DNA of 64,000 bases from contig CAKPLY010000001.1 of the NCBI GenBank assembly GCA_934167825.1, positions 5,508 to 69,507 on the forward strand. The letters are read 5' to 3'. The translations under genes were made by a program, and so were the position numbers. Under the pieces are notes generated by a model. It had not been told where the DNA came from. It made no database searches and worked only from the letters and a program-made list of their open reading frames with translations. The stretch is from an uncultured Bacilli bacterium. GTDB lineage: Bacteria > Bacillota_I > Bacilli_A > RF39 > UBA660. How positions within the stretch are numbered: the stretch's first letter is position 1; every line of letters begins with the position of its first letter. Positions 59,103 to 64,000 of this stretch are shown piece by piece.

Positions 59103-59135
59103 TTACCATAAGGGTAAGTATTTTACATATACATT
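59103..59135 (+). terminator. terminator hairpin acttacc..ggtaagt + T-run
   Basis: Seen directly. Confidence 0.55.
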
Positions 59136-59167
59136 AAGAAATATTAGATATTTTTTAGAAAGTTTTT

Positions 59168-59288
59168 AAAAGTACTTGCAATATTTCTTAATTTAGTGTA
59201 TTATTAATATGTTCCTATTTCTTGGTACTTCGTACCTCTTACGAGTACTAGGAAGTAAGGTGTAAAATTATTTAAGGAGGAATATAAA
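59168..59288 (+). promoter_or_regulatory. rpsO promoter (TTGCAA-17-TATTAT) and structured 5' leader (hairpins ggtac-ttc-gtacc etc.), consistent with S15 autoregulation
   Basis: Promoter hexamers plus nested inverted repeats before the SD. Confidence 0.45.
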
Positions 59289-59558
59289 ATGGCATTATCA
59301 AAAGAATTAAAAGCTAAGATAGTTAAAGAAAATGCAAGAGATGAAAAAGATACAGGAAGTCCTGAAGTTCAAATTGCACTTTTAACTGCAGAAATTAATG
59401 CTTTAACAGAACATCTTAAGAATAATAAACAAGATAAACATTCTAAACGTGGACTTTTAATTAAAGTTGGAAAAAGAAGAAGTTTATTAAATTATTTACT
59501 TGAAAATGATGTTAAGAGATATAGAGCAATTGTTTCTAAACTTGGATTAAGAAAATAA
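59289..59558 (+). CDS. rpsO: 30S ribosomal protein S15
   Basis: 89 aa; [15 protein letters not shown]...[10 protein letters not shown]. Confidence 0.95.
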   Translation: MALSKELKAKIVKENARDEKDTGSPEVQIALLTAEINALTEHLKNNKQDKHSKRGLLIKVGKRRSLLNYLLENDVKRYRAIVSKLGLRK

Positions 59559-59625
59559 TTATAATATTTAAAAAAGTAGGCACTTATTTTTAAGTGTCTT
59601 TAAATTTATAAAAAAGGAGTAAAGA

Positions 59626-61794
59626 ATGAATAAAGAAATATTTAAATTAAATTTTAGGGGAAAAGAAATAACTGTAGAAAATGGACAACTTGCTAAACAA
59701 GCTGATGGTGCAGTACTTGTAAGATATGGAGATACTCAAGTTCTTGCGGCATCTGTAATGAGTAAGAATGCTTCTACTGCAGATTTCTTCCCACTTACAA
59801 TAAACTACTTAGAAAAACTATATTCAGTAGGTAAAATACCTGGAGGATTTATTAAAAGAGAAGGAAGACCTACAGAACAAGCAACTTTAGCATCTCGTTT
59901 AATAGATAGACCTATTAGACCATTATTTGCTGAAGGATTTAGAAATGAAGTACAAGTAGTTGCTATGCCTTTATCAGTAGATCAAGATTCTACTGTAGAA
60001 ATGACTGCACTTTTCGCATCAAGTTTAGCACTAATGATTAGTGATATTCCTTTTGATGGACCAGTAGCAGGAGTAGTAGTAGGAAGAATTGATGGTAACT
60101 TTGTAATTAATCCTAGTGCTAGCGAGTTAGAAAATAGTGATATAATCTTATCAGTTGCAGGAACTAAAGATGCAATTAATATGGTTGAATCTGGAAGTAA
60201 AGAAGTAAGCGAAGAAGATATGGTTGATGCTTTAATGTTTGGTCACGAAGCAATCAAAGAACTATGTTTATTTGAAGAAGAAATAACTAAAAAGATAGGT
60301 AAAGAAAAAATAGCAGTAGAACTTAAGACATTAGATAAAGAGTTAGTTAGTGAAGTTGAAGAGTTTGCTAGAGAAAAGATGTTAAATGCTATTCAAATTA
60401 AAGATAAGTTAGAAAAATATGCTGCAATAGATAAGGTAAAAGAAGATACTGTATTAGAATTTTCTAATAGATATGAAGGTAATGAAGAAGTTGAGGCAAT
60501 ACTTAAAGATGTTAAAACTATTACAGATAATATTGAAGCAAACGAAGTTAGAAGACTCATTACTGAAGAACATATAAGACCTGATGGTAGACAAATGGAT
60601 GAAATAAGGGATTTATCTGCAGAAGTTGATTTACTAGCAAGAACTCATGGTTCAGCATTATTTACTCGTGGACAAACTCAAGTTCTTTCTATTACTACTT
60701 TAGGTGCTTTAGGAGAGCATCAAATTCTTGATGGACTAGGTATAGAAGATGAAAAGAGATTTATGCATCACTATAACTTCCCAGCATTCTCAGTTGGAGA
60801 AACTGGAAGATATGGTAGTCCTGGAAGAAGAGAAATAGGACATGGTGCACTTGGAGAACGTGCTTTATCACAAGTAATACCAAGTGAAGAAGAATTCCCA
60901 TATACTATTAGAGTAGTAAGTGAGGTATTAGAAAGTAATGGTTCATCTTCACAAGCATCTATTTGTGCTGGTTGTATGAGTTTAATGGCTGCAGGTGTAC
61001 CTATTAAAAGACCAGTTGCAGGTATTGCTATGGGACTAATTACAAAGGATGATAAATATACTATTTTAACTGATATTCAAGGACTTGAAGATCACATGGG
61101 AGATATGGACTTTAAAGTAGCAGGAACAAGAAATGGTATTTGTGCATTGCAAATGGATATAAAAATTAAAGGTGTAACTAAAGAGATATTAAGTGAAGCA
61201 TTAGCGCAAGCTAAGAAGGCAAGATATCAAATACTTGATGTTATGGAAAAAGCAATTCCTGAACCTAGAAAAGAATTATCTAAGTATGCTCCAAAGATTG
61301 AAACATTAAGAATTAATCCAGATAAGATTAAAGATGTTATTGGTCGTGGAGGAGAAATGATTACTAAGATTATCTTAGAATGTAGTAATGTAACAAGTGT
61401 TAATGATAAAAATGCTGTTAAGGTAGATCTTGAAGATGATGGTAGAGTACTTATCTATCATAATGATAAAGAAATTATAGAAAAAACTAAAAAGATGATT
61501 GAAGATGTTGCAAGAGAAGTAGAGTTTGGTAAAGTATATAATGTTAAAGTTGTTGATATTACTGACTTTGGTGCTTTTGTAGAACTTTGGCCAGGTTGTG
61601 AAGGATTAATACATATATCACAACTTGATACTAAGAGAGTAGAAAAAGTAAGTGATGTAGTAAAAGTTGGAGACGAATTACTTGCTGTTGCTACTGGATA
61701 TGATAAAAAAGGTAAGTTAAATCTTTCTAGAAAAGAATTACTTAAAGAATCTAATACTCCAAAAGAAGAAAAAAAGACTGAAAGTGAAAATTAA
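59626..61794 (+). CDS. pnp: polynucleotide phosphorylase
   Basis: Two RNase PH domains, KH and S1 domains, and an acidic C-terminal tail. Confidence 0.95.
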   Translation: MNKEIFKLNFRGKEITVENGQLAKQADGAVLVRYGDTQVLAASVMSKNASTADFFPLTINYLEKLYSVGKIPGGFIKREGRPTEQATLASRLIDRPIRPLFAEGFRNEVQVVAMPLSVDQDSTVEMTALFASSLALMISDIPFDGPVAGVVVGRIDGNFVINPSASELENSDIILSVAGTKDAINMVESGSKEVSEEDMVDALMFGHEAIKELCLFEEEITKKIGKEKIAVELKTLDKELVSEVEEFAREKMLNAIQIKDKLEKYAAIDKVKEDTVLEFSNRYEGNEEVEAILKDVKTITDNIEANEVRRLITEEHIRPDGRQMDEIRDLSAEVDLLARTHGSALFTRGQTQVLSITTLGALGEHQILDGLGIEDEKRFMHHYNFPAFSVGETGRYGSPGRREIGHGALGERALSQVIPSEEEFPYTIRVVSEVLESNGSSSQASICAGCMSLMAAGVPIKRPVAGIAMGLITKDDKYTILTDIQGLEDHMGDMDFKVAGTRNGICALQMDIKIKGVTKEILSEALAQAKKARYQILDVMEKAIPEPRKELSKYAPKIETLRINPDKIKDVIGRGGEMITKIILECSNVTSVNDKNAVKVDLEDDGRVLIYHNDKEIIEKTKKMIEDVAREVEFGKVYNVKVVDITDFGAFVELWPGCEGLIHISQLDTKRVEKVSDVVKVGDELLAVATGYDKKGKLNLSRKELLKESNTPKEEKKTESEN

Positions 61795-61821
61795 TTTTTT
61801 ACTTTTTTTCTTTTAAATCTA

Positions 61822-61850
61822 TTGATAAAACACTAAAGTTATGATATTAT
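61822..61850 (+). promoter_or_regulatory. sigma-A promoter TTGATA-17-TATTAT (copy 2 of the leader control region)
   Basis: The spacer and -10 context match those at 17426-17454. Confidence 0.6.
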
Positions 61851-61908
61851 TTAGATGTATGTTAAAGATATGTGAATTATCACAGATTCTAGAAAGGAGC
61901 CCCTCATC

Positions 61909-61974
61909 ATGAATAAATTAAATTTTATGAATTATAACATTTATGCTATCGGGGGGGGGGCAATTAACATATAA
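61909..61974 (+). CDS. 21-codon leader ORF copy 2 (MNKLNFMNYNIYAIGGGAINI) with G10 tract at 61951-61960
   Basis: Same SD, G10 tract and C-terminal 12 codons as at 17529-17594. Confidence 0.55.
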   Translation: MNKLNFMNYNIYAIGGGAINI

Positions 61975-62000
61975 AAATAATATATTAACAAAGAATATAA

Positions 62001-62049
62001 CTATAGATAAAATATCTAGAAATAGATAGTTTTTGTCTATAGTTTTTTT
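62001..62049 (+). terminator. intrinsic terminator copy 2 (same nested hairpin, T7)
   Basis: Near-identical to 17619-17669. Confidence 0.65.
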
Positions 62050-62071
62050 GTGTAAAAAGGAGTTTTAAATA

Positions 62072-63955
62072 ATGAAAAAAGTAATAAATTTTGTAGACAA
62101 GAAAGAATTAATAATAATAACAATACTTACATTTTTAATTGCACTTACAGGACTATTTGCAACGTATGCAATAGATACTAGTTTAAGTTATAATGACACC
62201 ACAGAGTATGATATGTCACTTAATTTTGATTTATCTGCATCTACGAATAAACAAGTAACAATCCAAGCAGGCAAAACAAAATTCTTTGATATAGATGTTA
62301 AAAATAGTAATAATGGTACAATAAAGTATGGTATTGCATACTCTATGGTTACTCCATCAATTTTACCTGATGGAGTAACTATTGCGAAGTCCTGGAAAAG
62401 CGCAAATCCTACAACTGGATTAATTAACGCAAATGTTACATTACCAGTAACTATCGCCGTAGAAAACACGTCATCAACAGATATCACAATATCATTATCT
62501 ATAATAAATGGATATGAAAAAGGTGGAGATTTGATTGTACCTACTAGTAAAACTTTGATAACTGGTGTATATAGAGTAGGGCCACCTCCAGAACCAAATA
62601 CTCCTGTATTAACAGATGCTTTAATACCTGTTACTTACAATGATTCTACTTCAACTTGGGTGAAGGCAGATTCGACAAACAATAATAATTCGTGGTATAA
62701 CTATAAAAACAAAATATGGGCAAATGCAGTATTAGTATCATCTACAAATCGTAGTACATACCAGTCTGCAAGTGCAGGAACAACTATAGCAGACGTAGAT
62801 ATCTTAGCATTTTATGTATGGATACCAAGATATAAATATAAAGTATGGAATAAAGATAAAATAATGGGTACACAAAGTTATAATGCACAAACTGAAGGTA
62901 TAGATATAGTTTTTGAAGAAGATATTGATTCTACTGGTACAATAAGTTGTACATATAGTTATGAAGCACCATCAAATACTGCAGGAAGTCCAAATGAAAC
63001 TTGTGCAGGAAGTAATGGAAATTACTATACTCATCCAGCGTTTACTTTTGGTGATCAAGAGCTAACAGGATTTTGGATGGGAAAGTTTGAATTGTCTAGT
63101 AGTGATCCTGCGACTGGTTCATCATATGGTGGATCATATAGTACTACACTAACTCCAAGAATATTACCAAATGTAACATCATGGAGATATAATAATTTAT
63201 CAAGTTATTGGAAAGTAATATATGATATGCAAGTAAGTAATAATATATATGGACTACCAACCTCAAGAACAAATACCGATTCACATATGCTTACTAATAT
63301 GGAGTGGGGAGCAGTAGCATATCTAACTAATTCAAAATATGGAAGATGTACAAATGGAAGTTGTACAGAAGTATCAATTAATGGTGCATGGGATAATAGT
63401 GATGGTGGTTCTAACTATTATACGTATTATACAACAAAAACTGGTTGTGGTCCAATATCAAGTGGAAGTACAAGTTCTGGAACAACATGTAATGCATATA
63501 ATACAACATTAGGACAAATGGCATCCACTACAGGTAATGTATATGGAATATATGATATGTCCGGAGGTTCAGATGAATTAGTGATGGGTAATATATCAAG
63601 TGAAAGTGGAATATCGTATACATATAATGCAGGTTACACAGGTTCTTACTTTACATATAGTACAGATACAGCAAAATATCTAATACCATATGCATACGGA
63701 ACAACAAGAAATGACCAAACAGCATATAATAGAGGAAGACTAGGAGATGCAACAAGTGAAGTAGTATCTAGAGCAAGTTATGGATGGTATAGTGATAGTG
63801 CTAATTTCCCTTTTAGTAGTGAGTCGTGGTTTAAACGTGGAGGCACTTTTTATTATGATTCTGGTATAACTGGAATTTTTACTTTTACTGCAGAAGGTGG
63901 TGCTGAGGGATTTGAACATTATTCAACCCGTGCTGCTCTCTCTATAGCAAACTAA
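62072..63955 (+). CDS. large secreted/surface protein paralog 2 (no dockerin insert)
   Basis: The first 160 aa are nearly identical to paralog 1, and the C-terminal domain is shared (YVWIPRYKYKVWN, THPAFTFG.QELTGFWMGKFELSSS, MLTNMEWGAVAYLTNSKYG); ends RAALSIAN. Confidence 0.7.
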   Translation: MKKVINFVDKKELIIITILTFLIALTGLFATYAIDTSLSYNDTTEYDMSLNFDLSASTNKQVTIQAGKTKFFDIDVKNSNNGTIKYGIAYSMVTPSILPDGVTIAKSWKSANPTTGLINANVTLPVTIAVENTSSTDITISLSIINGYEKGGDLIVPTSKTLITGVYRVGPPPEPNTPVLTDALIPVTYNDSTSTWVKADSTNNNNSWYNYKNKIWANAVLVSSTNRSTYQSASAGTTIADVDILAFYVWIPRYKYKVWNKDKIMGTQSYNAQTEGIDIVFEEDIDSTGTISCTYSYEAPSNTAGSPNETCAGSNGNYYTHPAFTFGDQELTGFWMGKFELSSSDPATGSSYGGSYSTTLTPRILPNVTSWRYNNLSSYWKVIYDMQVSNNIYGLPTSRTNTDSHMLTNMEWGAVAYLTNSKYGRCTNGSCTEVSINGAWDNSDGGSNYYTYYTTKTGCGPISSGSTSSGTTCNAYNTTLGQMASTTGNVYGIYDMSGGSDELVMGNISSESGISYTYNAGYTGSYFTYSTDTAKYLIPYAYGTTRNDQTAYNRGRLGDATSEVVSRASYGWYSDSANFPFSSESWFKRGGTFYYDSGITGIFTFTAEGGAEGFEHYSTRAALSIAN

Positions 63956-64000
63956 CACATTAGGACTTATACTTTTATGTATAGTCTCTTTCTTTTATTA

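Noticed and set aside
1-64000. CRISPR arrays, tRNA and rRNA genes, IS elements and transposases
   Set aside because: No regularly spaced short direct repeats with unique spacers, no cloverleaf-compatible 70-90-nt GC-richer islands, and no transposase-like ORFs were seen anywhere in the window.

Overview
This is a very AT-rich (about 25-30% GC) chromosomal segment that looks Clostridia/Firmicutes-like. Nearly all genes are on the + strand. The backbone is conserved housekeeping: RNase II/R 3' end, miaB, a ymcA-like gene, murI, an L,D-transpeptidase, queA, dnaG-sigA-trmK, uvrC, secDF, leuS, miaA, murG-murB-divIB, an Ala T-box leader ahead of a P-loop gene plus alaS, tkt, a sirA-like gene, yneF, rpsO and pnp. 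I found no rRNA, tRNA or CRISPR. Accessory content interrupts this backbone.

First: two paralogous large surface proteins (17694-19796 and 62072-63955). Each sits behind a near-identical roughly 270-bp control region made of a sigma-A promoter, a 21-codon leader ORF carrying a G10 homopolymer (a rarity at this GC content), and an intrinsic terminator. In both copies the -1 frame of the leader ORF runs exactly into the terminator hairpin. This looks like a slipped-strand, phase-variable attenuator coupled to translation.

Second: a tandemly duplicated candidate type I toxin-antitoxin module (42755-43380). It encodes a 30-aa hydrophobic KK-tailed peptide with a strong SD and an anti-SD hairpin, beside a convergent small RNA with a consensus promoter and terminator. 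A second unit carries a start-less remnant of the same peptide.

Third: a leader of three tandem 36-nt repeats plus a terminator ahead of a two-repeat membrane protein.

Fourth: a giant glycine-rich prepilin-type protein next to an Flp-like pilin that shares the same LNNKG leader.

Fifth: dockerin-bearing cell-wall proteins.

Sixth: an effector-like protein with an N-terminal helical domain fused to a phage-tail-lysozyme-like domain, followed by a standalone paralog of the N-domain.

Seventh: a DUF4143 ATPase insertion flanked by roughly 80-bp direct repeats.

Eighth: a Fic-RhuM two-gene insertion between sirA and yneF.

Ninth: an orphan rSAM-SPASM maturase.

Tenth: a 1128-aa protein with no recognisable domain.

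All assignments rest on motif recognition by eye; no searches were run.
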